Positions 1 to 7,939 of a stretch of DNA of 49,627 nt are shown one piece after another. Numbering within the stretch: position 1 is the stretch's first letter; every line of letters begins with the position of its first letter. The stretch lies in NCBI GenBank assembly GCA_049515295.1, contig JBEKUF010000004.1:1-49627 (forward strand). Reading direction: 5' to 3'. The position numbers were made by a program, and so were the translations under genes. The notes beneath the pieces were generated by a model, which was not told where the DNA came from, searched no databases, and was given only the letters and a program-made list of their open reading frames with translations. Source of the stretch: Verrucomicrobiia bacterium (GTDB lineage: Bacteria > Verrucomicrobiota > Verrucomicrobiia > Palsa-1439).

Positions 1-407
1 ATGTGTTTGTGCTTGTCGTCGCGGTTATGGAATAGACGGTTGAATTGGATTTCTTCCTTAAGAAGAATCTTGGCGTCCTCGGCTATGACTTCGGACAGTT
101 TAGGAAAGATTTCGACATCCCTATCAACGCGAGACAGGACGCTCCGGGCGTAACTGTGCAGAGTTCTTACATCGGACATCCCGCATAATTCCAGTGCCAA
201 ATCTTCGACAAGAGCGTTGACAAAAGTCAGGGTGAGGCACTTCCTTTTCCCTTCCAAAACCTTCTTAAATAGATGCGTCTTGCCCGTGCCCGGACCAGCG
301 ACGACTATCTTTTTCCTCGAAGGGGAATGCAACACGGCCTCCACATGCGCTTGCCTTTCGCGATCAGCCTTACCGTACTTGTCTTCGGTCCCGTGGGGTT
401 CACTCAT
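1..407 (-). CDS. UvrD/Rep-family (SF1) helicase, N-terminal part; runs off the window start
   Basis: Manual translation from ATG (cat at 405-407): MSEPHGTEDKYGKADRERQAHVEAVLHSPSRKKIVVAGPGTGKTHLFKKVLEGKRKCLTLTFVNALVEDLALELCGMSDVRTLHSYARS... It has Walker A AGPGTGKT, motif Ia LTFVN and Ib RTLHS. No stop before position 1. Not in the ORF track. Confidence 0.85.
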   Translation of the reverse strand, partial: MSEPHGTEDKYGKADRERQAHVEAVLHSPSRKKIVVAGPGTGKTHLFKKVLEGKRKCLTLTFVNALVEDLALELCGMSDVRTLHSYARSVLSRVDRDVEIFPKLSEVIAEDAKILLKEEIQFNRLFHNRDDKHKH

Positions 408-656
408 ACGCAGTCAACTGCCCTGTTCAAGTGCTGCTTGTGGAGTGTTTGCAACTCGCCGCCATCAACCGGGCGGACATAGTCCTCCAATCCCTTGTCC
501 TCCGAATTCGTCACGGCGTGCTTACTGAAGACGGATGGGGTGGCCATCGCTCGGCTGATGAATATGCGCCTTGCGGACATGTGCGGACAACCATCTGCTT
601 TTGTTGGCACCGAGTATAGTTACGCCGGTCGACTTTTGCATCCCAAAACTTATCAG

Positions 657-708
657 CCGGTCGCCCCGCCGGAGGCGGGCAAGTCACGCCTGAGGCGGAC
701 AAGCCTAC
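657..708 (-). repeat. GTAG-foot REP-like remnant carrying two tandem copies of a short palindromic unit (CCGCCkGAGGCGG..CAAG)
   Basis: + strand: CCGGTCGCC | CCGCCGGAGGCGGGCAAGT | CACGCCTGAGGCGGACAAGC | CTAC. The same unit recurs at 1253-1271. Confidence 0.6.
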
Positions 709-869
709 AAGCGAAGGTCGGCGGGCCGGATGGCCCAACCTCGGAATCAGGGTAGATTCGCACTGCTGACCGGCTGGCTTCGAAGGTTGGGGAAGTGGGC
801 GGCTGCATTTCCGGTTGGGTGAAGGGAGGCCTAAAACCAGACGGGATGGCGTTTAGCGGTCTGAGATGG

Positions 870-1070
870 ACAGGCGAGACGCGCTGTTCAACGGGGAGCA
901 AACAGGCGAGACGCTCTGTTCAACGGGGAGCAAACGGGCGGGACGCGCTGTTCAACGGGGAGCGAACAGTCGGGACGCACTGTTCAACGGGAGCGAACAG
1001 GCGAGACGCGCTGTTCAACGGGAGCAAACGGGCGGGACGCCCGTTCTACGGGGGGCAAACAGGCGGGACG
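870..1070. repeat. Tandem array of 6 full and 1 partial 31-32-bp hairpin units (REP-like)
   Basis: Units start at 870, 902, 934, 966, 997, 1028 and 1059. Consensus ACAGGCGRGACGCGCTGTTCAACGGGGAGCRA. Unit 6 contains AACGGGCG-GGA-CGCCCGTT-CTAC, a perfect hairpin with a GTAG foot on the minus strand. Confidence 0.9.
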
Positions 1071-1179
1071 TCGGGGGGAGAATTTGATTGCATAGATTAT
1101 CGGGTTATGATAACGTTGGTTTGTTGGGATGGTTCTTTGACAATTTGGAGTCGGAGAGGCACGGCGGCAGGTGCCGAGC

Positions 1180-1203
1180 GCCGCGTGAGGGCACGCGGCC
1201 TAC
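1180..1203 (-). repeat. GTAG-family REP palindrome
   Basis: GCCGCGTG-AGGG-CACGCGGC-CTAC: perfect 8-bp stem followed by CTAC (GTAG on the minus strand). Confidence 0.7.
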
Positions 1204-1231
1204 AAACGACGGCGCGCCGGACGGCCGGATA

Positions 1232-1275
1232 CGGCTCGCCAGGAGGTTCGCCCCGCCTGAGGCGGGCAAGCCTCC
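1232..1275 (-). repeat. REP-like element interrupted by a 19-bp palindromic unit
   Basis: CGGCTCGCCAGGAGGTTCGCC | CCGCCTGAGGCGGGCAAGC | CTCC. Confidence 0.55.
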
Positions 1276-1327
1276 AAGCGGAAACGACGCCCGTGGGGGG
1301 AGGGGTCGCGAAAAAAAGTATTTTTGC

Positions 1328-1395
1328 AAAACGAACCCAAGTTTGATCAAGCCGGTGTGGAAAAGTTGGGGAAACAAAGCCAAAAACGAACCCAA
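1328..1395 (+). repeat. AAAACGAACCCAA direct-repeat motif cluster
   Basis: AAAACGAACCCAA at 1328-1340 and 1383-1395, with variant AAACAAAGCCAA at 1372-1383. A related ACAAACCCAAACGAACCCAA lies at 13423-13442. Confidence 0.6.
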
Positions 1396-1527
1396 ATTTG
1401 CAGCGTTCTCCTCCCGATCACGCTGCCCTGACGGGCCTCGAAACGACGCGACGCATTCTCGGTGCTACCCTCGCGCCTCGATTTATGAGTTCGTTGGGGG
1501 GGCCGGAGGGGGCGGGCGCTTCATATT

Positions 1528-1576
1528 CGGCGCTTCACCCTTCGACACGGCTCAGGGCAGGTAGAAGCGCCGCTAC
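1528..1576 (-). repeat. GTAG-family REP with a 24-bp second repeat in its loop
   Basis: CGGCGCTTC-A[CCCTTCGACACGGCTCAGGGCAGG]TA-GAAGCGCCG-CTAC. The arms at 1528-1536 and 1564-1572 are perfectly complementary. Confidence 0.65.
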
Positions 1577-1599
1577 AACAGCATCGCTACAACAGCTTC

Positions 1600-4182
1600 T
1601 CAGTCGTCGTCGTTGTCGGTGGGGGCGAGCTTGAGGTTGAGGGCGCGGAGTCCGCGACCGTGGGGGCCGGCGAAGGCGACGGGGTACGGCGCGTCGGGGC
1701 CTTTGACGGAATGCCAGATGATGCGGTTGAGAAGATTGTCGTCGTTGAGGTCGGGCTCGGTGAAGCGCATGGCGGCGAGTTGTTTGGCCCAATAGAGTTC
1801 TTTGCCGTGGAGCTGGGCGACGGGTCGCTGCATTTCGTCGAGTGGAATCTGGTTGGGGAGCGCCGTGTAGGGGGAAAGGTCCGGCGCGTTGGTGAAACAG
1901 TCGCGCATGACGGGCGCGAGCGCATCCATCTGGTTCATGGGCGGGATGCCGAGGATCATTTCCAGCGTGTGAAGCACGCCGGTCTGATTGTAGAACTGGC
2001 TGATGACGGCGTGGCGTTTGGTGTAGGGGCTGACGACAAGGCACATCGAGCGATGGCCGTCGACGTGGTCGAAGCCGGACTGGGGATCGTCTTCGGTGAC
2101 AAAGATGCAGGTCTTCGGCCAGAATTTGCTGGTGGAAATGCCCTGGATAATCTGGCCGAGGGCGAGATCGTTGTCGGCGACCTGGGCGCGCGGGGTGGGA
2201 TTTCCGCCGGTATGGTCGTTGGGCAAATGGACGAAGATGAAGTTGGGCCAGTGACCCTTGCGCTCGGAGTCCTTGAGTTCCTGGAGAAAGACGCGGGCGC
2301 GCAGCACGTCGGGAATGTTCAGTTCCCAACCCGGATAGCGGGGGCTGCTGTAGGTCTTCAAGGCGTCGACGGGCGAACTGGGTGCGTAGATGAGCTGGTA
2401 GGCGTCGGGGTTGTCGAGCATGTCCCTGGTCGTGTTGCGCTGCGGGCCGATGCGCGTGGTCGTGGCACTCCCCTTGCCCATCTCGCCATAGTTGCGGAAG
2501 GAGAGCCCGTGGAGCAGCACGTCGTCCCAGATGAAGCCCGAGGAGGAAAAGTACAGCGGGTCGACGCCGACTCCATCGCCGCGACGGAAGCCAGTTATTG
2601 CTTTCTCCAAGCCGGCCATCACGTTGCCTTCGGTGGCCCAGCGATGGCCGTCGGCGGAGATGACGCCGTTGCAGTAGAAATTGTCGAGGGTGACGAATTC
2701 CTCGGCGAGGTGGTGATGGTTCGGCGTCACCTCGCGTCCGAACACGCAGAGGTTCGAATCGCCATTGGCCTTCGGAAGATCGCCGAGAAACTGGTCGTAG
2801 GTGCGATTTTCTTTCACGATGTAGACGACATGCTCGAACACGGACGGCTCGCCCAATCGCTCCGGCACGGGCACGGGTTTTTTGCCGGTTTGGGCGCGTT
2901 CCCAGGCGCGGAGTGCTTCAGGGACGCGGGCGTTGGCCAGGGCGTTGGCGGTGTAGTTTGCGAGTTGGCCGTCCGTGGGAATGCTGACGCGACCGACAGA
3001 ACCCAGCGACCAGGAGACGGCCCATTCGCGGCCGTTCTCGCGGTCGAATCGGGATCCGTAGCCTTTCACGTTGGCGATGTAGAGCCGTTTCCCGTCAGTG
3101 GCGACTGCGCCCGGGAACCAGCCCGTGGGAATAAACCCGGTGACGACGCTGTTCGTGCGCGACTCCCTCGGCAAGGCCACGACCGCGATGGCGTTGTTGC
3201 CACCGTTGGCGACGTAGAGGGTCCGTCCATCCTGGCTCAGGGCGAGCGCGTTTGGCTGGCTGCCGAACGGCAGCGCGGGATCCGGGCGCACGGATATGGT
3301 TTCTGTGACCCGCAACGTTTCCGTATCGATCACGCTGATCGTGTCGGAATTGGCATTCGCCACGTACAAGGTGCGGCCATCGGCATTCAAGGCAAGACCC
3401 GAGGGATGAAGGCCGGTCGCGATCTCGCGGGTTTCGCGATTCTGTTTCAGATCGATTACCGAAACCGTCCCGGATAATGCGGCGCCGCGTTTGTCGACCA
3501 GCACGGGAGTGCCATAGGAGTCAGCGGTGCGATCGGTTTTGCCTGGTGGACGCCCGCCCCAATTCGACACATACGCTCGTTGGCCGTCGGGGGAGACTAC
3601 GACACCATACGGGGCGACCCCGACGGCGATCTCCCGAAGAAGTTTGTCAGATTCCAGATCGACAAGGGCCAGACTGTTTTTCAACGACAGACAAACAAGC
3701 GCAGTTTTTTCGTCGGGCGACAAGGCGACCCCGCAGGGGTTCGAGTAGCCATTCCCGCCCTTGCCCAACAATGTGGCTTTGCGGGTGAACGTCAACGACC
3801 CCGCCGACGAAATCTCGCCGTCCCAAAGCGTGTTGTAGTTGCCCGTGACGTAGACGCGCCCACCGTCTCGACGGACAGCGATGCCATGGACGGAACTCCC
3901 TTCCCCGACCCCGTCCTGTTCGCGAACTTTCCAAGTCTCGGGATCGATCACGAGAACCCCCTGGTCGTATTTCGCGAATAGGCTCTTGCCGTCGGGTGAC
4001 AGCGCCAGATCAATGGCGCGGCCGCTGAATGTCAGGGTGTCACCTACGGGTTGTATAAGCTGCGTCGTGGGAACCAGATAGGTCTCATTCGTTTTGGGCC
4101 CTATCTGGCCGACTTCTTGCGCTAAAGCCGAGACTACGAAAAGGGATCCGATAACGGCAACCGTAAGGCCATTTACACTCAT
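1600..4182 (-). CDS. Secreted YVTN/YncE beta-propeller + phosphoesterase (alkaline phosphatase/phospholipase C-like) protein
   Basis: Signal peptide (..VVSALAQ), YVTN repeats (LYVANANSDTISVID, AYVSNWGG), phosphoesterase motifs YIVKENRTYDQ, SADGH, LPNDHT, EDDPQSGFDHVDGHR. Confidence 0.9.
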   Translation of the reverse strand: MSVNGLTVAVIGSLFVVSALAQEVGQIGPKTNETYLVPTTQLIQPVGDTLTFSGRAIDLALSPDGKSLFAKYDQGVLVIDPETWKVREQDGVGEGSSVHGIAVRRDGGRVYVTGNYNTLWDGEISSAGSLTFTRKATLLGKGGNGYSNPCGVALSPDEKTALVCLSLKNSLALVDLESDKLLREIAVGVAPYGVVVSPDGQRAYVSNWGGRPPGKTDRTADSYGTPVLVDKRGAALSGTVSVIDLKQNRETREIATGLHPSGLALNADGRTLYVANANSDTISVIDTETLRVTETISVRPDPALPFGSQPNALALSQDGRTLYVANGGNNAIAVVALPRESRTNSVVTGFIPTGWFPGAVATDGKRLYIANVKGYGSRFDRENGREWAVSWSLGSVGRVSIPTDGQLANYTANALANARVPEALRAWERAQTGKKPVPVPERLGEPSVFEHVVYIVKENRTYDQFLGDLPKANGDSNLCVFGREVTPNHHHLAEEFVTLDNFYCNGVISADGHRWATEGNVMAGLEKAITGFRRGDGVGVDPLYFSSSGFIWDDVLLHGLSFRNYGEMGKGSATTTRIGPQRNTTRDMLDNPDAYQLIYAPSSPVDALKTYSSPRYPGWELNIPDVLRARVFLQELKDSERKGHWPNFIFVHLPNDHTGGNPTPRAQVADNDLALGQIIQGISTSKFWPKTCIFVTEDDPQSGFDHVDGHRSMCLVVSPYTKRHAVISQFYNQTGVLHTLEMILGIPPMNQMDALAPVMRDCFTNAPDLSPYTALPNQIPLDEMQRPVAQLHGKELYWAKQLAAMRFTEPDLNDDNLLNRIIWHSVKGPDAPYPVAFAGPHGRGLRALNLKLAPTDNDDD

Positions 4183-4246
4183 GTCCGTCTACACTAGCGT
4201 GCGCAATCCAGAATTCAACGTCGAATTTCAAATTCGTAATATGTTA

Positions 4247-4276
4247 TTGACAAGTCTGTTACATAATGATAACAAT
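4247..4276 (+). promoter_or_regulatory. Putative sigma70 promoter for the GbsR/MarR gene (and possibly the cluster)
   Basis: Perfect TTGACA at 4247-4252, then an imperfect -10 (TGATAACAAT, 4267-4276) in an AT-rich divergent intergenic region. Confidence 0.5.
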
Positions 4277-4294
4277 ATTCAGTCCATATTGAAT
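4277..4294. promoter_or_regulatory. Inverted repeat, candidate autoregulatory operator
   Basis: ATTCA-GTCCATAT-TGAAT between the putative -10 and the ATG at 4297. Confidence 0.5.
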
Positions 4295-4296
4295 GA

Positions 4297-4809
4297 ATGA
4301 ATGCTTCCTCGCCTCAACCTCTCGATGCCGCCCGACGAAAATTCATCGAGGCGGGTGGAAACACCACTCAATCCTTTGGCTTTGGGCGCATCTCTGGCCA
4401 GTTATTTGCTTTGCTCTATTTGAGCGCCAAGCCCTTGTGTCTGGACGACATAGCTCGTGAACTGGGTGTCAGCAAAGCCAGTGTGAGCACGACGGTTCGC
4501 CAGCTTGAGCAATGGGCCGCCGTCAGGCGCGTCTGGGTGAAGGGGGATCGCAAGGACTACTACGAAGCAGAGACGGATTTTGGCACGATGCTGCGCCACG
4601 GTTTGCTGATGACTTTTCGAAAAAAATTGGAGACGGCTGGCTCACAAATCAGCCATGTGGAGGATTCGTTGAAGCGGGCGATGGAGAAAGTTGACGACAC
4701 GCAACGACAGGAAATGCAGGTCGTCGCCGATCGCCTCCAACGGGCGAGGGATTTCCATGAAAAGATCCACGGGATGCTGAACAATCCCGTGATTGACCAT
4801 TTGTTGTAG
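4297..4809 (+). CDS. GbsR/MarR-family winged-helix transcriptional regulator
   Basis: FGFGRISGQLFALLYLSAKPLCLDDIARELGVSKASVSTTVRQLE..GDRKDYYEA, followed by a C-terminal coiled coil. Confidence 0.9.
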   Translation: MNASSPQPLDAARRKFIEAGGNTTQSFGFGRISGQLFALLYLSAKPLCLDDIARELGVSKASVSTTVRQLEQWAAVRRVWVKGDRKDYYEAETDFGTMLRHGLLMTFRKKLETAGSQISHVEDSLKRAMEKVDDTQRQEMQVVADRLQRARDFHEKIHGMLNNPVIDHLL

Positions 4810-4813
4810 TGGC

Positions 4814-4831
4814 TCCCGACGCGAGTCGGGA
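4814..4831. other. GNRA-loop hairpin downstream of the regulator stop (REP-like or weak terminator)
   Basis: TCCCGAC-GCGA-GTCGGGA, with no adjacent U-tract on either strand. Confidence 0.4.
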
Positions 4832-4963
4832 ACAGACGTACCCAAAAAACCAAGCATGCACCTTCGTCATTCGACGGGCGGAGGAGACAGGCGTTCCAAA
4901 GTTTCGCGAGGAATGCACCTGTATGGCGGCAGCTTGCCCGAAAAGAACCAAGGCCGACGGTTG

Positions 4964-5611
4964 TCAGACCTTCTCGATCACGTGGTAAATGAACACGGTG
5001 AATCCCAGGAACTTCTTTCCCGTCCGGGATTCCACCAACTTCAACCCATTACGACAGTAATATTTCAACAACCGGCCATCTGTTTGATAGAGCGTGTCAC
5101 CCCAAAACCCGGACAGGCGACTTCCCGTCAGCCGGTAGTACCACGTGTTCAACATCGACCGCACCCCGTAGAATCGCATGCGGAAATTCGGTCCGGCCAC
5201 CACATATCGCAAAAAATAACCGAACCCGTGGTAGCACAAGTACCCGCGCGCGCCCGGCTTGAGGATTCGACCAATTTCCCGCATCACTTGCGATTCATCC
5301 GTATAGGGGATCGCTACGTTACAAATCAAACCGTCAAACGCCGTTGCGCGAAGCGGCATGTGTTCCGCCATGGCCAATACCACGGGCAAGTTGACGCGTC
5401 GGCAATCGGCCAGCGCGCGCGCATCCACGTCCAGCCCGATGGCCACGCATCCATGTTGTGCGAGTTGACGGAGGTCCTTCCCCTTGCCACAACCAACGTC
5501 AATTACGACGCTTTCCGGCGCAAACCTGTCCTGTGCGCCCGGCGAGGTGTAGGCATCCCAAGCGAACTGGTCACCACTGGTCACGCGCCAATCTTTAGGC
5601 GAGGCACCCAT
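4964..5611 (-). CDS. Class I SAM-dependent methyltransferase
   Basis: VIDVGCGKG motif I, AEHMPLRATAFD, EIGRILKPGAR. ATG at 5611; alternative TTG at 5620. Confidence 0.85.
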   Translation of the reverse strand: MGASPKDWRVTSGDQFAWDAYTSPGAQDRFAPESVVIDVGCGKGKDLRQLAQHGCVAIGLDVDARALADCRRVNLPVVLAMAEHMPLRATAFDGLICNVAIPYTDESQVMREIGRILKPGARGYLCYHGFGYFLRYVVAGPNFRMRFYGVRSMLNTWYYRLTGSRLSGFWGDTLYQTDGRLLKYYCRNGLKLVESRTGKKFLGFTVFIYHVIEKV

Positions 5612-5631
5612 CAAAGGCAAGACTCGCGCTC

Positions 5632-7125
5632 ATGAACCTCAAGCAACGCATCTTTCGCAACAGCTCTCTGGAGATGATCAGCAAGATCGTGGGGATCGCC
5701 GCGGGTATTTTCCTGTCGCCGTATCTCATTCACTGCCTGACCAAGGAAACGTACGGCTTGTGGGTGTTGATCGGCTCCGTGGTGGGTTATTTCGGATTCA
5801 CTGACTTCGGAGTGCGTATTGCTACCGGTCGGCTCGTCGCCTACTACCGCGCACGCCAGGACGCGGCCAAGGTCAATCATACCATCAACACTTCCCTGGC
5901 GCTGCTTACCGCCTCCGGCTTTGTAGTCACCCTGCTGACCTTCGTGCTCTCGCCGTACTTCGGCCGCCTGTTTCATATCGGCCCGAACGTACTCCACGTA
6001 CCCACTGCCGTTTTTCTCTGTGGCTTCGCCGTGGCCATCGGCCTGCCGCTGACTGTGTTCGAAGGTTGTCTCGCGGGATACGAGCGCTACGACTTCATCA
6101 ACATCGTCGAAATCTTCATGATCATCGCCCGCGTCGGACTCACCGTCTGGATGATGCAGTTGGGTTACGGCATCCTGGCGCTGGCGGCGATCAATTTCGC
6201 GCTGACCGTAGCCGGCGGCAGTGTGAAGCTCCTGCTGTGCTATCGTGTGTTCAAGCCGCTGCATGTGGCGATGGAACACATCGACCGCTCAACCATTCGT
6301 GACACCTACGCCACCAGCATCTGGTTCCTGATTCTGGCCATCTCGGTACGGATCAGCTTCTTCACCGACAACGTTGTGATTGGTTATTTTCGCACCACCG
6401 GTGAAGTCGCGGTCTATTCCATTGCCGGGCGCCTGGCACAGTACGCCTTGATCGCCGTGAACGCGTTCAACCTCGTCCTGATGCCGGTCTCCGCCGCCTA
6501 CGACGCCCAAGCGGACTTATCCAAACAACGGCGATTGTTGCTGCTGGGAACGCGGGCATCGTTCGCCGCCGCCATCTTCATGGCCACGATCTTCCTCGCC
6601 TACGGCCGACGAATTATCCACATCTGGGTGGGATCGGGTTTCGAGCAGGCCGCCATCGTGTTGGCCATTCTTACGTTCCCGATGATCACGCAGGCCTCAC
6701 AGACGACGACGCTGATCGTCATGCAGGGGATGGCCAAACACAAGAACCTGAGCTTGATCTACCTCGCCGAAGCCCTGGCAAACCTGGTGCTTAGCCTGAT
6801 TCTCGTGCGACCGTTGGGAATCGTCGGCGTGGCACTGGGCACCGCGCTCACGAATACACTCAGCAGCCTGATTGTCCAACCCATCTACGTCTGCCGCGTG
6901 CTCTCGCTGGGTGTCGCTGATTACTATCGCAAGGCGTTCCTGCCCGTGCTACTCGCGACCGCGCCCCTGGTTGCGTTGATCGTTGGTTTCCAATACGTGT
7001 GGCTGCCGCAGAGATTTATCACCATGGCCGTCTTTTGTATTTTCTCCGCCGCAGTGTATTTCGGCGCGGTGTACCTGATTTTCTTCACCAAACGCGGTCT
7101 GACGCGCGTGAGTTTTGCCACGTAG
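5632..7125 (+). CDS. wzx: Polysaccharide flippase (Wzx/MOP family)
   Basis: 497 aa with many TM segments; YGLW..GYFGFTDFG, TDNVVIG..VAVYSIA, LGIVGVALGT. Confidence 0.9.
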   Translation: MNLKQRIFRNSSLEMISKIVGIAAGIFLSPYLIHCLTKETYGLWVLIGSVVGYFGFTDFGVRIATGRLVAYYRARQDAAKVNHTINTSLALLTASGFVVTLLTFVLSPYFGRLFHIGPNVLHVPTAVFLCGFAVAIGLPLTVFEGCLAGYERYDFINIVEIFMIIARVGLTVWMMQLGYGILALAAINFALTVAGGSVKLLLCYRVFKPLHVAMEHIDRSTIRDTYATSIWFLILAISVRISFFTDNVVIGYFRTTGEVAVYSIAGRLAQYALIAVNAFNLVLMPVSAAYDAQADLSKQRRLLLLGTRASFAAAIFMATIFLAYGRRIIHIWVGSGFEQAAIVLAILTFPMITQASQTTTLIVMQGMAKHKNLSLIYLAEALANLVLSLILVRPLGIVGVALGTALTNTLSSLIVQPIYVCRVLSLGVADYYRKAFLPVLLATAPLVALIVGFQYVWLPQRFITMAVFCIFSAAVYFGAVYLIFFTKRGLTRVSFAT

Positions 7126-7178
7126 TCACTCGTCGGTCGAAGGATGAAAGTCAACAGGTCAAATCGGGAGAACTGGAT

Positions 7179-7886
7179 ATGAAATGTGTGATTCTCATGG
7201 CCGGCATCGGGTCACGATTGGGCAATCCGTTTCCGAAATGCCTGACCCCGCTGACCAATCAGCAGACAATCCTTGATCATCAATTGGCGAAACTGGACGG
7301 ATACAAGGGCAATGTAATTAGTGTCGTTGGTTTCAAGAAGGATCTCGTTATGGAGCGCCACCCCGAGTTGGTGTTCGTCTACAACAATCGTTACGACCAG
7401 ACCAACACCGCCAAGAGCCTTCTTTGTGCTCTGGAACACATCCATGGCGAGGACGTGCTTTGGTTGAACGGCGACGTGGTCTTCGACGCTCGGGTCATCG
7501 CGGCGCTGGCTCGGCGACGAGGCTCTTGCATGGCAGTCAACAAGAGCAGAGTGGGCGAAGAAGAAATCAAGTATCGCACGCGCAGGGACGGCACGATTTC
7601 CGAAGTATCCAAACAGGTCGCACATGCCGAAGGGGAAGCCGTGGGAATCAACCTGATCAAGGCGCGTGATCTGGAGTTGTTCAAGAAGTGCTTGCGGGCG
7701 GCGAACGACCGCGATTACTTCGAACGCGCGCTGGAGCTGGCAATTGGGCGCGGCCTTAAGTTGTCTCCGGTCGACATCTCCCGGTTTGATTGCCTCGAAG
7801 TTGATTTCCCCGACGACCTCAGCCGGGCACAAGCACTGTTCGCCAACAAACCCTCCGCGAAGCTTCGGACATCAAAGCAGACATAA
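7179..7886 (+). CDS. LicC/phosphocholine-cytidylyltransferase-like NTP transferase
   Basis: MKCVILMAGIGSRLG..PKCL, TNTAKSL, LNGDVVFD, GEAVGIN, EVDFPDDL. GGAG RBS before ATG 7179. Confidence 0.85.
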   Translation: MKCVILMAGIGSRLGNPFPKCLTPLTNQQTILDHQLAKLDGYKGNVISVVGFKKDLVMERHPELVFVYNNRYDQTNTAKSLLCALEHIHGEDVLWLNGDVVFDARVIAALARRRGSCMAVNKSRVGEEEIKYRTRRDGTISEVSKQVAHAEGEAVGINLIKARDLELFKKCLRAANDRDYFERALELAIGRGLKLSPVDISRFDCLEVDFPDDLSRAQALFANKPSAKLRTSKQT

Positions 7887-7939
7887 AACAAGTCGCACTG
7901 AAAGCGGCGCGGGCCGCCGATGACTGGATTCACTGCCAG

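Noticed and set aside
404-610. 68-aa minus-strand ORF whose stop overlaps the helicase ATG
   Set aside because: No recognisable domain or RBS. The ATGA overlap alone is insufficient, though a small gene cannot be fully excluded.
870-1070. CRISPR array
   Set aside because: Units are head-to-tail with no unique spacers, and no cas genes are in the window.
795-1564. ORFs 795-1346, 866-1087, 1088-1564 and 1105-1395
   Set aside because: They are translations of repeat DNA with repetitive, low-information sequences and no family motifs.
1660-3477. 605-aa plus-strand ORF (and similar long shadow ORFs, e.g. 15539-16516, 27638-28663, 39248-40255)
   Set aside because: They lie antisense to well-supported genes, as expected from high-GC codon bias.
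4810-4963. JUMPstart/ops element or intrinsic terminator ahead of the cluster
   Set aside because: Only GGCGGCAG (imperfect ops) is present, and the hairpin has no U-tract.
6999-7178. N-terminal extensions given by the ORF track (also at 9970, 13490, 16456, 17064, 28792, 33919)
   Set aside because: They mostly overlap upstream genes. Downstream starts match family N-termini, RBSs or stop/start coupling.
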